Assembly (NCBI RefSeq): GCF_001677475.2
Contig: NZ_CP015229.1
DNA: 64,000 nt
Source of the DNA: Escherichia coli
Lineage (GTDB): Bacteria > Pseudomonadota > Gammaproteobacteria > Enterobacterales > Enterobacteriaceae
Direction: 5' to 3' (one strand)
The notes under the pieces are model-generated. The model was given only the letters and a program-made list of their open reading frames with translations, had not been told where the DNA came from and did not search any database. The translations under genes were made by a program, and so were the position numbers. Below are positions 1-10,296 of this stretch, piece by piece; the first letter of the stretch is position 1, and each line of letters begins with the position of its first letter.

Positions 1-332
1 AATTCTTTATCAATGTTGCGAACAAAGACACCTTCCCGGTAATGACCTTCTTTAGTTCTGCACTGATTAACTTCGCCGTTCCGTCTGGTGGCGGTCACTG
101 GGTTATTCAGGGACCTTTCGTGATACCCGCAGCCCAGGCGCTGGGCGCTGATCTCGGTAAATCGGTAATGGCGATCGCCTACGGCGAGCAATGGATGAAC
201 ATGGCACAACCGTTCTGGGCGCTGCCAGCACTGGCAATCGCCGGGCTCGGTGTCCGCGACATCATGGGCTATTGCATCACTGCCCTGCTCTTCTCTGGCG
301 TCATTTTCGTCATTGGTTTAACGCTGTTCTGA
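1..332 (+). CDS. atoE: Short-chain fatty acid transporter AtoE, C-terminal fragment (5' end lies outside the window)
   Basis: Open frame runs from the window edge to a stop at 330-332; hydrophobic membrane-protein C-terminus directly upstream of atoB as in the ato operon. Confidence 0.7.
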   Translation, partial: FFINVANKDTFPVMTFFSSALINFAVPSGGGHWVIQGPFVIPAAQALGADLGKSVMAIAYGEQWMNMAQPFWALPALAIAGLGVRDIMGYCITALLFSGVIFVIGLTLF

Positions 333-362
333 CGGCAACTCTACAGACAGAAGGAATATAAA

Positions 363-1547
363 ATGAAAAATTGTGTCATCGTCAGTGCGGTACGTACTGC
401 CATCGGTAGTTTTAATGGTTCACTCGCCTCCACCAGCGCCATCGATCTGGGGGCAACAGTAATTCAGGCCGCCATTGAACGCGCAAAACTCGATTCACAA
501 CACGTCGATGAAGTGATTATGGGTAACGTATTGCAGGCCGGGCTGGGGCAAAATCCGGCTCGTCAGGCACTGCTAAAAAGCGGACTGGCAGAAACGGTGT
601 GCGGATTTACGGTCAACAAAGTATGTGGTTCTGGTCTGAAAAGCGTGGCGCTTGCCGCCCAGGCAATTCAGGCCGGTCAGGCACAGAGCATCGTAGCGGG
701 TGGAATGGAGAACATGAGTTTAGCGCCCTATTTACTCGATGCAAAAGCACGCTCTGGTTATCGTCTTGGAGACGGACAGGTTTATGACGTGATCCTGCGC
801 GATGGCCTGATGTGCGCCACTCACGGTTATCATATGGGTATTACCGCCGAGAACGTTGCCAAAGAGTACGGAATTACCCGTGAAATGCAGGATGAACTGG
901 CGCTACATTCACAGCGTAAAGCGGCAGCAGCCATTGAGTCCGGTGCTTTTACCGTCGAAATTGTCCCGGTAAATGTTGTCACACGGAAGAAAAACATCGT
1001 CTTCGATCGCGATGAATTCCCGAAAGTAGATTCTACTGCAGAAGCTCTTGCTGCATTGCGCCCGGCCTTCGACAAAGCCGGAACGGTCACCGCCGGGAAC
1101 GCGTCTGGCATTAACGATGGGGCTGCCGCACTGGTGATTATGGAAGAATCTGCGGCGCTGGCGGCAGGCCTAAAACCACTGGCACGCATTAAAAGCTATG
1201 CCAGCGGTGGCGTGCTCCCTGCATTGATGGGTATGGGGCCAGTACCTGCCACGCAAAAAGCGTTACAACTGGCGGGGCTGCAACTGGCAGACATTGATCT
1301 CATCGAAGCCAATGAAGCATTTGCCGCGCAGTTCCTTGCCGTTGGGAAAACCCTGGGCTTTGATCCTGAGAAAGTGAATGTCAACGGCGGAGCCATCGCG
1401 CTGGGGCATCCTATCGGCGCCAGCGGTGCACGTATTCTGGTCACACTATTACATGCAATGCAGGCTCGCGATAAAACGCTGGGTCTGGCGACGCTGTGCA
1501 TTGGCGGCGGTCAGGGAATTGCGATGGTGATTGAACGATTGAATTAA
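363..1547 (+). CDS. atoB: Acetyl-CoA acetyltransferase (thiolase II)
   Basis: 394-aa ORF with thiolase hallmarks (NKVCGSGLK active-site Cys region, C-terminal CIGGGQG); AGGAA ribosome-binding site upstream. Confidence 0.95.
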   Translation: MKNCVIVSAVRTAIGSFNGSLASTSAIDLGATVIQAAIERAKLDSQHVDEVIMGNVLQAGLGQNPARQALLKSGLAETVCGFTVNKVCGSGLKSVALAAQAIQAGQAQSIVAGGMENMSLAPYLLDAKARSGYRLGDGQVYDVILRDGLMCATHGYHMGITAENVAKEYGITREMQDELALHSQRKAAAAIESGAFTVEIVPVNVVTRKKNIVFDRDEFPKVDSTAEALAALRPAFDKAGTVTAGNASGINDGAAALVIMEESAALAAGLKPLARIKSYASGGVLPALMGMGPVPATQKALQLAGLQLADIDLIEANEAFAAQFLAVGKTLGFDPEKVNVNGGAIALGHPIGASGARILVTLLHAMQARDKTLGLATLCIGGGQGIAMVIERLN

Positions 1548-1555
1548 CCAACAAA

Positions 1556-1590
1556 AACGCCCGATAGCGAAAGTCATCGGGCGTTTTCTT
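1556..1590 (+). terminator. Intrinsic terminator downstream of atoB
   Basis: Hairpin aacgcccgat/atcgggcgtt followed by TTTTCTT immediately after the atoB stop. Confidence 0.6.
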
Positions 1591-1620
1591 AAACATCGAC
1601 AGTGAAAGTAACCTCATTAA

Positions 1621-2157
1621 TTACCAGTCAAAACTTTTCACCAGCGTCAGCTCGCCAGCATTACGCATCGGTACAATAAATGTTTCCTGTTTCTCATTGA
1701 CCGATCCTTCATCGGTGATCAGCGTCAGTTGGGCAGTGGTTAATTCCGTTTCGCTGCGTCCGCCATAGTAGTTGATATACACCTGATAGCGCCCGTGAAC
1801 TGGCGCTGGCATGGCGAAAATCTCGGGGCCGTACCCCGTCGTGACATCCATATCCAGTGCGCCACTGTTTTTCAGCACCGTGTTACCGTACCAGGCGTGT
1901 TCGCCATCAGGCGTGACAACATGGAGATCGAGATCGGTATTGTCCGTATCCCACGAGAGAACCAGCCGTAAACGTGCACGAATCGTTCCTGTACCCGGCG
2001 TTGAGTAAAACTGCATTTTTTGTCGGCTTTGCCCATCCGGGCTGATGACCTGCACGCTGTTGCTGCCTTCAATGCCCTGACGCCAGCGGAAAGTAGGGCT
2101 ATTGCACCAAAACCTACAAGGCCATAAAACCGCCAGCCTTTCGCCTTTTTTAACCAC
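1621..2157 (-). CDS. yfaP: YfaP-like (DUF2135) protein, probably a 5'-truncated remnant
   Basis: 178-aa ORF resembling the C-terminal part of YfaP; the upstream part continues in another frame (ORF 1872-2210) and the gyrA terminator lies only about 110 bp away. Confidence 0.45.
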   Translation of the reverse strand: MVKKGERLAVLWPCRFWCNSPTFRWRQGIEGSNSVQVISPDGQSRQKMQFYSTPGTGTIRARLRLVLSWDTDNTDLDLHVVTPDGEHAWYGNTVLKNSGALDMDVTTGYGPEIFAMPAPVHGRYQVYINYYGGRSETELTTAQLTLITDEGSVNEKQETFIVPMRNAGELTLVKSFDW

Positions 2158-2263
2158 TCATTGCCACATTCCTTGTGTAAAGCCAGCCATTTTTTATGGG
2201 CGATGCACAACTTTATCGCGTCCTAATACGACAAAAGCCCAGACTTTGCAGCCTGGACTTTTC

Positions 2264-2292
2264 AATTCAAAAAAGGGAGATGGCTCCCTTTT
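2264..2292 (-). terminator. Intrinsic terminator of gyrA
   Basis: On the minus strand, hairpin AAGGGAGCCATCTCCCTT followed by a T-run, just downstream of the gyrA stop. Confidence 0.6.
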
Positions 2293-2309
2293 GACATGAA
2301 TAAATAAAA

Positions 2310-4937
2310 TTATTCTTCTTCTGGCTCGTCGTCAACGTCCACTTCCGGAGCGATTTCATCGTCCCCTTCCGCAGCACTGCCGTCGATGGTATCCAGATCT
2401 TCCTCGTCAACCGGTTCAGCAACACGTTGCAGACCCACTACGTTTTCATCTTCCGCAGTACGGATGAGGATCACGCCCTGGGTGTTACGGCCCACGATGC
2501 TGATTTCTGAAACGCGAGTACGTACCAGCGTACCGGCATCGGTGATCATCATGATCTGGTCGCAATCATCTACCTGCACCGCGCCAACCACTAAACCGTT
2601 ACGTTCGGTGACCTTGATGGAGATAACCCCTTTCGTCGCACGTGACTTGGTTGGGTATTCCGCCACTGCGGTACGTTTACCATAACCGTTCTGCGTTGCG
2701 GTGAGGATTGCGCCATCGCCACGAGGCACGATCAGAGAGACGACTTTATCGCCTTCGCCTAAGCGAATACCGCGCACACCTGTGGTATTGCAGCCCATCG
2801 CACGGACAGAAGACTCTTTAAAGCGCACCACTTTACCTTCGGCGGAGAACAGCATTACTTCGTCTTCGCCACTGGTCAGGTCAACGCCGATCAGCTCATC
2901 GCCTTCAACCAGCTTGATCGCCACTTTACCGGCGGTACGCAGACGGTTGAATTCGGTGAGGACGGTTTTCTTCACAGTACCGTTAGCCGTCGCCATGAAG
3001 ACTTTCACGCCTTCTTCAAACTCGGTCACTGGCAGGATCGCGGTGATACGTTCGTCCTGCTCCAGGGGCAGCAGGTTGACGATCGGACGACCACGTGCAC
3101 CACGAGAGGCTTCCGGCAACTGATAGACTTTCATCGAATAGACACGGCCACGGCTGGAGAAGCACAGGATATGGTCGTGGGTGTTCGCCACCAGCAGTCG
3201 GTCGATAAAGTCTTCTTCTTTAATACGTGCGGCAGATTTACCTTTCCCGCCACGACGCTGCGCTTCGTATTCCGAAAGCGGCTGGTACTTCACGTAGCCC
3301 TGGTGAGAGAGCGTCACGACCACATCTTCCTGAGTGATCAGATCTTCCAGGTTGATGTCTGCGCTGTTGGCAGTGATTTCAGTACGACGTTTGTCGCCGA
3401 ACTGTTCACGAACCAGTTCCAGCTCTTCGCGGATCACTTCCATCAGACGATCGGCGCTACCCAGAATACGCAGCAGTTCCGCGATCTGATCCAGCAGCTC
3501 TTTGTATTCATCGAGCAGTTTTTCGTGCTCAAGGCCGGTCAGTTTCTGCAAACGCAGATCCAGAATTGCCTGAGCTTGCTGTTCGGTCAGGTAGTACAGA
3601 CCGTCACGCACGCCGAACTCTGGCTCCAGCCATTCCGGACGCGCAGCATCGTCACCCGCACGCTCCAGCATCGCGGCAACGTTGCCCAGCTGCCACGGAT
3701 TAGCAACCAGCGCGGTTTTCGCTTCTGCAGGCGTCGGCGCATGACGGATCAGTTCAATGATCGGGTCGATGTTCGCCAGTGCTACGGCTAATGCTTCAAG
3801 GATATGAGCACGATCGCGGGCTTTACGCAGTTCGAAAATGGTACGACGGGTCACCACTTCGCGACGGTGACGGACAAACGCAGCGATAATGTCTTTCAGG
3901 TTCATGATCTTCGGCTGACCATGGTGCAATGCCACCATGTTGATACCGAAAGAAACCTGCAACTGGGTCTGGGAGTAGAGGTTGTTGAGCACCACTTCAC
4001 CGACCGCATCGCGTTTAACTTCAATCACGATGCGCATACCGTCTTTGTCAGACTCGTCACGCAGCGCGCTGATGCCTTCCACGCGTTTTTCTTTTACCAG
4101 TTCCGCAATCTTCTCGATCAGGCGCGCTTTGTTCACCTGATACGGAATTTCGTGGACGATAATGGTTTCACGCCCGGTTTTGGCGTCAACCTCCACTTCA
4201 GCACGGGCGCGGATATATACCTTGCCGCGACCGGTACGGTAAGCTTCTTCAATACCGCGACGACCGTTAATGATTGCCGCCGTCGGGAAGTCCGGCCCCG
4301 GGATGTGTTCCATCAGCCCTTCAATGCTGATGTCTTCATCATCGATATACGCCAGACAACCGTTGATGACTTCCGTCAGGTTGTGCGGCGGGATGTTGGT
4401 TGCCATACCTACGGCGATACCGGAAGAACCGTTCACCAGCAGGTTAGGAATTTTGGTTGGCATGACGTCGGGAATTTTTTCCGTGCCGTCATAGTTATCA
4501 ACGAAATCGACCGTCTCTTTTTCGAGATCGGCCATCAGTTCATGGGCAATTTTCGCCAGACGGATTTCCGTATAACGCATTGCCGCCGCAGAGTCGCCGT
4601 CGATGGAACCGAAGTTACCCTGACCGTCTACCAGCATGTAACGCAGCGAGAATGGCTGCGCCATACGGACGATCGTGTCATAAACCGCCGAGTCACCATG
4701 GGGATGGTATTTACCGATTACGTCACCAACGACACGGGCAGATTTTTTATAGGCTTTGTTCCAGTCATTGCCTAGTACGTTCATGGCGTAAAGTACGCGA
4801 CGGTGTACCGGCTTCAGGCCATCTCGGACATCTGGCAGCGCACGGCCAACAATGACCGACATCGCATAATCCAGATAGGAGCTCTTCAGCTCTTCCTCAA
4901 TGTTGACCGGTGTAATTTCTCTCGCAAGGTCGCTCAT
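2310..4937 (-). CDS. gyrA: DNA gyrase subunit A
   Basis: 875-aa ORF; N-terminus [47 protein letters not shown], active-site Tyr region and acidic C-terminal tail. Confidence 0.97.
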   Translation of the reverse strand: MSDLAREITPVNIEEELKSSYLDYAMSVIVGRALPDVRDGLKPVHRRVLYAMNVLGNDWNKAYKKSARVVGDVIGKYHPHGDSAVYDTIVRMAQPFSLRYMLVDGQGNFGSIDGDSAAAMRYTEIRLAKIAHELMADLEKETVDFVDNYDGTEKIPDVMPTKIPNLLVNGSSGIAVGMATNIPPHNLTEVINGCLAYIDDEDISIEGLMEHIPGPDFPTAAIINGRRGIEEAYRTGRGKVYIRARAEVEVDAKTGRETIIVHEIPYQVNKARLIEKIAELVKEKRVEGISALRDESDKDGMRIVIEVKRDAVGEVVLNNLYSQTQLQVSFGINMVALHHGQPKIMNLKDIIAAFVRHRREVVTRRTIFELRKARDRAHILEALAVALANIDPIIELIRHAPTPAEAKTALVANPWQLGNVAAMLERAGDDAARPEWLEPEFGVRDGLYYLTEQQAQAILDLRLQKLTGLEHEKLLDEYKELLDQIAELLRILGSADRLMEVIREELELVREQFGDKRRTEITANSADINLEDLITQEDVVVTLSHQGYVKYQPLSEYEAQRRGGKGKSAARIKEEDFIDRLLVANTHDHILCFSSRGRVYSMKVYQLPEASRGARGRPIVNLLPLEQDERITAILPVTEFEEGVKVFMATANGTVKKTVLTEFNRLRTAGKVAIKLVEGDELIGVDLTSGEDEVMLFSAEGKVVRFKESSVRAMGCNTTGVRGIRLGEGDKVVSLIVPRGDGAILTATQNGYGKRTAVAEYPTKSRATKGVISIKVTERNGLVVGAVQVDDCDQIMMITDAGTLVRTRVSEISIVGRNTQGVILIRTAEDENVVGLQRVAEPVDEEDLDTIDGSAAEGDDEIAPEVDVDDEPEEE

Positions 4938-5083
4938 CTAACCGCTATCCCTCTACTGTATCCCGGATTCAAAGGTCGCAAATTATAACACAGCCGCGCA
5001 GATTGAGGTAAACCTATACGCTTTATTCACATCCAATGCCTGATATACTCGTTTGTCTTGCCAATTACGGAGTAGAAGTGCCA

Positions 5084-5806
5084 ATGAATGCCGAAAAATC
5101 GCCGGTAAACCATAACGTAGACCACGAAGAGATCGCTAAATTTGAAGCCGTCGCCTCCCGCTGGTGGGATCTTGAAGGTGAGTTCAAACCGCTGCACCGC
5201 ATTAACCCGCTGCGTCTGGGCTATATTGCCGAGCGTGCTGGCGGTTTATTTGGCAAAAAGGTGCTCGATGTCGGTTGTGGCGGCGGCATTCTGGCCGAGA
5301 GTATGGCGCGCGAAGGCGCGACGGTGACCGGTCTGGATATGGGCTTTGAGCCATTGCAGGTGGCGAAACTGCACGCACTGGAAAGCGGCATTCAGGTAGA
5401 TTACGTGCAGGAAACCGTGGAAGAGCACGCGGTAAAACATGCCGGGCAATATGATGTGGTGACCTGCATGGAGATGCTGGAGCACGTCCCCGATCCGCAG
5501 TCAGTGGTCAGAGCCTGTGCACAACTGGTGAAACCGGGCGGCGATGTCTTTTTCTCGACGCTTAACCGCAACGGCAAGTCATGGCTGATGGCGGTGGTTG
5601 GTGCGGAATATATTTTGCGCATGGTGCCTAAAGGCACGCATGATGTGAAGAAGTTTATTAAACCGGCAGAGCTGCTTGGCTGGGTAGATCAGACAAGCCT
5701 TAAAGAGCGACATATAACCGGGCTACATTACAACCCGATCACTAATTCCTTTAAGCTTGGCCCCGGCGTGGATGTGAACTATATGCTGCACACGCAGAAT
5801 AAATAA
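5084..5806 (+). CDS. ubiG: Bifunctional 3-demethylubiquinone / 2-polyprenyl-6-hydroxyphenol O-methyltransferase
   Basis: SAM-methyltransferase motif [13 protein letters not shown]; start set at ATG 5084 ([11 protein letters not shown]...), giving 240 aa rather than the longer ORF-track start. Confidence 0.93.
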   Translation: MNAEKSPVNHNVDHEEIAKFEAVASRWWDLEGEFKPLHRINPLRLGYIAERAGGLFGKKVLDVGCGGGILAESMAREGATVTGLDMGFEPLQVAKLHALESGIQVDYVQETVEEHAVKHAGQYDVVTCMEMLEHVPDPQSVVRACAQLVKPGGDVFFSTLNRNGKSWLMAVVGAEYILRMVPKGTHDVKKFIKPAELLGWVDQTSLKERHITGLHYNPITNSFKLGPGVDVNYMLHTQNK

Positions 5807-5813
5807 AATTGTT

Positions 5814-5848
5814 TGCCGGATAAGGTGCTCGCACCACATCCGGCTACA
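5814..5848. repeat. REP-like palindromic element between ubiG and yfaL
   Basis: tgccggataagg...catccggctac with inverted GCCGGAT/ATCCGGC halves, resembling enterobacterial REP units. Confidence 0.45.
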
Positions 5849-5866
5849 ATGCCGGACGCAAAGCAG

Positions 5867-8800
5867 CTACCATTTCACCGTCATCGTCAAAAACCCTGTA
5901 GTCTGGGCAAAATCATCACTCCCTTTCTGCCACGCCATGCTACCACGCAGCGAAACTCGCTGACTGATATTGCCCGTTACTCCAACTTTTATTTCACCCC
6001 GTTGCTTCACCGCATCGTCACTGATAGTGCTGCCATCCTCTTCAATTTCCGTCGCATGGGGATCGTGATAATAATTCAGATCTAACGTTGGTGTGACATG
6101 AACAGCGGTACGCCATTCGCTGTGTAAACCCAGCCGCGTCTGAATATCATCACCCTGCGATTGTGACACGCGTGCATGGTTAGCGGCGGTAAAGTCATCC
6201 TGCAGCACGCCCTGATAAATCACCTGCGCCTGCGGTTCAATCACCACACCACGCTCCGGTAACCACTGATACCCCGCCTCCAGCGAGGCGATAATCCCCG
6301 ACGAGTGGTAATGATCTGTGCCATCGTCTTGTTCGGAAACATCATTGTTAAACCACGCGTATTGCAGCCAGCTATCCAGCCAGGCCCCCTGCTTCTGATT
6401 ACCGTGCTGAAACCAGCTTGAGGTCAGCCCAACGGCAAAACCGTGGTTCTGGTTATCGGCGCGAGTTCCAGTCATATTCGAGCGGCTGTCGCCCTGGTTA
6501 TCGCTGTAGCCACCTACAATCCCAAGCATCCACTCGCCATCATCGCCCCAGCGCCCCCTAAACAGGTCACCGCTAAGCTGCACCGTAGAAGTGTCTTCAT
6601 GCTGAGCCAGTTGCCTTGCCGCCGTGTAATGATAACGTCCGCCGATAACACGTAAATTCAGCGTCTGACCATCGCCACCAGCGTGATCGCGTCGCTCCAT
6701 CACAAACGCCTGATTTGCCGCCCGCAGGTTATTGAGATAACCGCCAACTTTGGCATTCAGCACCGGCTGGTAAGCGGGGATTGGATCGGGTGTTGGGTCA
6801 GGATCGGGTGTTGGGTCCGGGTCTGGATCAGGTGGCGATGGCGGCGTTACTTCTTGCGATCGCAGATACCAGTCGTTGTTATCTTCCACCAGCGTGTAGT
6901 CATACGCTCCCATGTTGACGTAGCCACTGCCTGCCAGACTGAACTGCGCATTGTTTTGAAACTGCGTGGGATCAGCTGCGAAATCAACCACTTTAATGCC
7001 TGTAGATGTCGGCTCACCAATCCCTGTAATGGGGTTAACCACAACCGTGGTATTGCCAGCAGTATTACCGTTCAACACCAACTGGTCGCTTGCTGAGTCA
7101 TCGCCGTTTAATTCGCTGTCGAGCAGTAACGTACCGCCGCCGGTGTAATCACCGTTTACCGTCAGCGTATCGCCAACGACGCCATTTTGCAGGCTAACCG
7201 CACCGGATGTATTGGTCAGATCACCATTAACCGTCACATCGGCAAGATAGGTCAGGTTGTCAGTTTCAAGGTTGGTATTAAGCTCACCTGTCAACGTCAC
7301 GCCATCGGTGGCATTCACCAGCGTCCCATCGCCGTTAAACAGTGAGGCATTAAGGGCGACAGAAGTATCCTGCCCGGTCAGGCGCAAAACCGTACCATCG
7401 CTGATGTCGATAGTGCCGCTGGAAGTAGCATCAATTGACTGAATATCCTGATCCGAGCCAGTAACGAACGTTGCCCCATCACCGACCCACAGTGACGAAG
7501 CATAAGGAAGAATATCCGCAACATCACCTTTCAGGGTGCCTTCTTCGACACGTACCGCCGACTGCGTTGTACCGCTGGCGGTCAGCTCCAGCGTGCCTGC
7601 ACCGGTTTTCGTCAGTGTGGTTCCCGCGTCCTGGTGCTGTCCACTGCTGTCGGCCATCAATGCGCCCCACTGCGTGTCGACCCCCGCATCAACTGCCACT
7701 TCACCGTCGGCGCGCATTTCAATATCACGCCCATGCTCAGTCGTTGTAGAGCGAGTATCGACATTGGCAGTAATCTCCATCACGCTTTCTTGTTGATTAT
7801 CGGTAAAGATAACCTGGCGGTTGTAATGGGTATCTCCAAGCTGCGAGTTGTCGCTCACCATCAGCGTACCGGAGGCGATTTGCGTTGTGCCGAGGTATTG
7901 ATTGTCATTTGCCAGGCTGACCTGCCCGTCACCCGCATCGATCACCACGTAGACGCCATCTTTCCCGTCGCCGCCGATATGCATATCGTTTCCGCCTGCA
8001 AGATCCACCACATCCTGACTGCCGATAACCGTACCGCCGTTGCCGCTGACTTCAAGGCCATCGTTGTATGATGTGCCGCTCTGCCAGGTGGAGAAATCAG
8101 AGAGATCGAGCACACCGCCGTTTAACACAATCGACTGCGGATCGTCCTGGAGAGCGGCAAGATCTGCCGCGTCGCCTTCCAGTGAAAGCACCGCACCATC
8201 ATCAACGACTATATCGCCGGTTAGCGCCATCGACTGCGCCCCCGCCAGCACATAGCTGCCGTTTTGCGCAATGGTGAGCTGACCAGCACCTTTGATGGTG
8301 CCAGCAAAACTGCCTTGATTAACAGTAACATTGCCACCAGCATCGATATTTAAAGTGCCATTCTGAAAGCCCGTCAATGAGTGCACAAAGGTTTGTTGGG
8401 TGGAGCCAACATTTAGCTCTGCCTGATTCTGGTACTTATCAATACTCCCTATCGTCAGACCGTAGCAGTCTTGCGGATCGTCCTGGCAATGCGTATCGCC
8501 GACATTCATCAGGGAGTTGCTGCGGCCCAGGGTAACTTCACCGTTTTCAATCTGCATCTCACCAGTAAAGTCATTGTTATCTGCATTAAGTACCAGATCG
8601 CCGGAACCTGTTTTGGTGATTAACCCGGTACCTGCAATAGAGTCAACAGCTCCGTCATTCTCTGTATTGCCGATAACCAGCGTTTTTCCGTCGGCAATAT
8701 CAAAGGTAACTTCACTTAAGCCGAGATACATAAAGCCACCCGCCGCAGTAGAAGGACCATCTCCATAGCCTGCTGCGCTATTGTTCTCATCCACTAACAC

Positions 8801-9607
8801 GCCGCCGTTCTGGCTGTAGCTGTCATCAACAGAAATATCAATAAGATAGGGAGCCGTCGCGCTATTGGTATATATCGCCCCGCCATAACCTTCAGCAGTG
8901 TTATTTGTAAAGGCGGTGTTATTTATTATCGTATAACCTGAAGGATGCGTGATATCGCTATTATTATCTGTGACATCAATTGCGCCGCCATCGCCATCAC
9001 TGTAACTTGTTGATGTATATGCCTGGTTATTGTTAAAAATATCATCACTTAAATAGATATCATTATTGATGGTATAAATTGCACCACCTTTACCGTCATT
9101 AGCGATGTTATTGCTAAACACGGCGTTAGTGACACGTAAATCGACGGTACCAGTATCATTAGTACCAGAAGAATAGATTGCGCCACCATAACCGCCTGCG
9201 ACGTTACCAGAAAAAATAACATCAGTAAGATTCAGCGTTGAGTTTTCTTTAGCAAATATTGCCCCACCGTTATTATATTCTCCTGTAACGGTGTTATTGG
9301 CAAACAGAGTCATTCCTGTGTTATTTTCTGGTAATAGTGAAAATTCCGCTCCCTGTTGCAAAAATACGGCTCCTCCGCTGGCATTATTGGTCATATCAGA
9401 AAAAACCAGCCATTGCCCATCGGCGACACTCCAGTCCTGCGTAATGCCTGAAAGGCTTTGCCTGCTGGCGTGACAACTCGCTTTGATATCATATCCCTGG
9501 CATAAATCAATGGCCGCCGCGACACCGTTAGCAGAGAAAAGAGATGCAATCATTGACGGGAGTAGAGATAAATACTCCTTGCGTAGAAAGATAATCCGCA
9601 TATTCAT
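5867..9607 (-). CDS. yfaL: Autotransporter (type Va) adhesin: GGAIY-repeat passenger, Pro/Asp/Thr-rich linker, C-terminal beta-barrel
   Basis: 1246-aa ORF with signal peptide, repeated G(Y/K/D)GGAI(Y/F) motifs, PDPDPTPDP linker, and beta-barrel domain ending in ...TVKW. Confidence 0.9.
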   Translation of the reverse strand: MNMRIIFLRKEYLSLLPSMIASLFSANGVAAAIDLCQGYDIKASCHASRQSLSGITQDWSVADGQWLVFSDMTNNASGGAVFLQQGAEFSLLPENNTGMTLFANNTVTGEYNNGGAIFAKENSTLNLTDVIFSGNVAGGYGGAIYSSGTNDTGTVDLRVTNAVFSNNIANDGKGGAIYTINNDIYLSDDIFNNNQAYTSTSYSDGDGGAIDVTDNNSDITHPSGYTIINNTAFTNNTAEGYGGAIYTNSATAPYLIDISVDDSYSQNGGVLVDENNSAAGYGDGPSTAAGGFMYLGLSEVTFDIADGKTLVIGNTENDGAVDSIAGTGLITKTGSGDLVLNADNNDFTGEMQIENGEVTLGRSNSLMNVGDTHCQDDPQDCYGLTIGSIDKYQNQAELNVGSTQQTFVHSLTGFQNGTLNIDAGGNVTVNQGSFAGTIKGAGQLTIAQNGSYVLAGAQSMALTGDIVVDDGAVLSLEGDAADLAALQDDPQSIVLNGGVLDLSDFSTWQSGTSYNDGLEVSGNGGTVIGSQDVVDLAGGNDMHIGGDGKDGVYVVIDAGDGQVSLANDNQYLGTTQIASGTLMVSDNSQLGDTHYNRQVIFTDNQQESVMEITANVDTRSTTTEHGRDIEMRADGEVAVDAGVDTQWGALMADSSGQHQDAGTTLTKTGAGTLELTASGTTQSAVRVEEGTLKGDVADILPYASSLWVGDGATFVTGSDQDIQSIDATSSGTIDISDGTVLRLTGQDTSVALNASLFNGDGTLVNATDGVTLTGELNTNLETDNLTYLADVTVNGDLTNTSGAVSLQNGVVGDTLTVNGDYTGGGTLLLDSELNGDDSASDQLVLNGNTAGNTTVVVNPITGIGEPTSTGIKVVDFAADPTQFQNNAQFSLAGSGYVNMGAYDYTLVEDNNDWYLRSQEVTPPSPPDPDPDPTPDPDPTPDPIPAYQPVLNAKVGGYLNNLRAANQAFVMERRDHAGGDGQTLNLRVIGGRYHYTAARQLAQHEDTSTVQLSGDLFRGRWGDDGEWMLGIVGGYSDNQGDSRSNMTGTRADNQNHGFAVGLTSSWFQHGNQKQGAWLDSWLQYAWFNNDVSEQDDGTDHYHSSGIIASLEAGYQWLPERGVVIEPQAQVIYQGVLQDDFTAANHARVSQSQGDDIQTRLGLHSEWRTAVHVTPTLDLNYYHDPHATEIEEDGSTISDDAVKQRGEIKVGVTGNISQRVSLRGSMAWQKGSDDFAQTTGFLTMTVKW
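6783..6835. repeat. Imperfect 18-bp tandem repeat inside yfaL (encodes the PDPDPTPDPDPTPDP linker)
   Basis: ggatcgggtgttgggtca followed by ggatcgggtgttgggtcc and a degenerate third copy. Confidence 0.6.
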
Positions 9608-10134
9608 CTAACCATCATTTTATATAAGACGACGTATTTAATCGCATTATACGATATGGGTTATCTTTCTTTTGTAAATTGTTCAACCCGATGCAATGGC
9701 TATTTTGTTATTATTTGATGAATAGTATCAGTGCGTCATAATTCAAGTTAATAACCTTAAGGGATATCAGTTATATTTAAACTAAATTAAAGTAATGAAT
9801 AATTTTCTTATAATATAAGGTAAATTAACAAAATGGCTTCGCATTTAACAATAACCGAATAGAAAACAACCATTTCAGCATCAACAATCGCTTACATTCG
9901 CTTATATATTGACCACAACTGATACATCAGATTATGTGATGACTCGTGCTTAGATCAATTTTTGCAATGATTAGCAAAAAGATTAATAAACCATCTATAT
10001 CAATTTATCTAACCTATTCTGCCGTTCAAGAAATCGCCGAACAGTTATTTTTAACAAATTTTTCTCTTCCCATTGACTTTCCCGGACACCTTGTCTGACC
10101 TAAGGTGCGCGAAAGCCACTTTTTCCTTCCTGAG

Positions 10135-10155
10135 TTATCCACAAAGTTATGCACT
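10135..10155 (+). promoter_or_regulatory. Two adjacent DnaA-box-like sites upstream of nrdA
   Basis: TTATCCACA (10135-10143, matches TTATNCACA) and TTATGCACT (10147-10155, 8/9 match); DnaA control of nrdAB is established. Confidence 0.55.
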
Positions 10156-10173
10156 TGCAAGAGGGCCATTTTC

Positions 10174-10220
10174 ACACTATCTTGCAGTGAATCCCAAACA
10201 TACCCCCTATATATAGTGTT
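10174..10220 (+). promoter_or_regulatory. Two NrdR-box-like palindromes in the nrdA promoter/5' leader
   Basis: acactatcttgcagtg (10174-10189) and ccctatatatagtgtt (10205-10220), about three helical turns apart, upstream of the nrdA start at 10297. Confidence 0.5.
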
Positions 10221-10296
10221 CTAAGCAGCTTCCCGTACTACAGGTAGTCTGCATGAAACTATTGCGGAAAGAATTCCAAAAACAGGTACGACATAC

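Noticed and set aside
3804-4775. 323-aa ORF on the plus strand inside gyrA
   Set aside because: Entirely antisense to the well-supported gyrA CDS; His/Arg/Val-rich translation typical of a shadow frame.
6783-6835. Possible CRISPR-like or satellite repeat
   Set aside because: Only 2-3 units, lies inside the yfaL CDS and encodes a Pro-rich linker; no spacers and no cas genes anywhere in the window.
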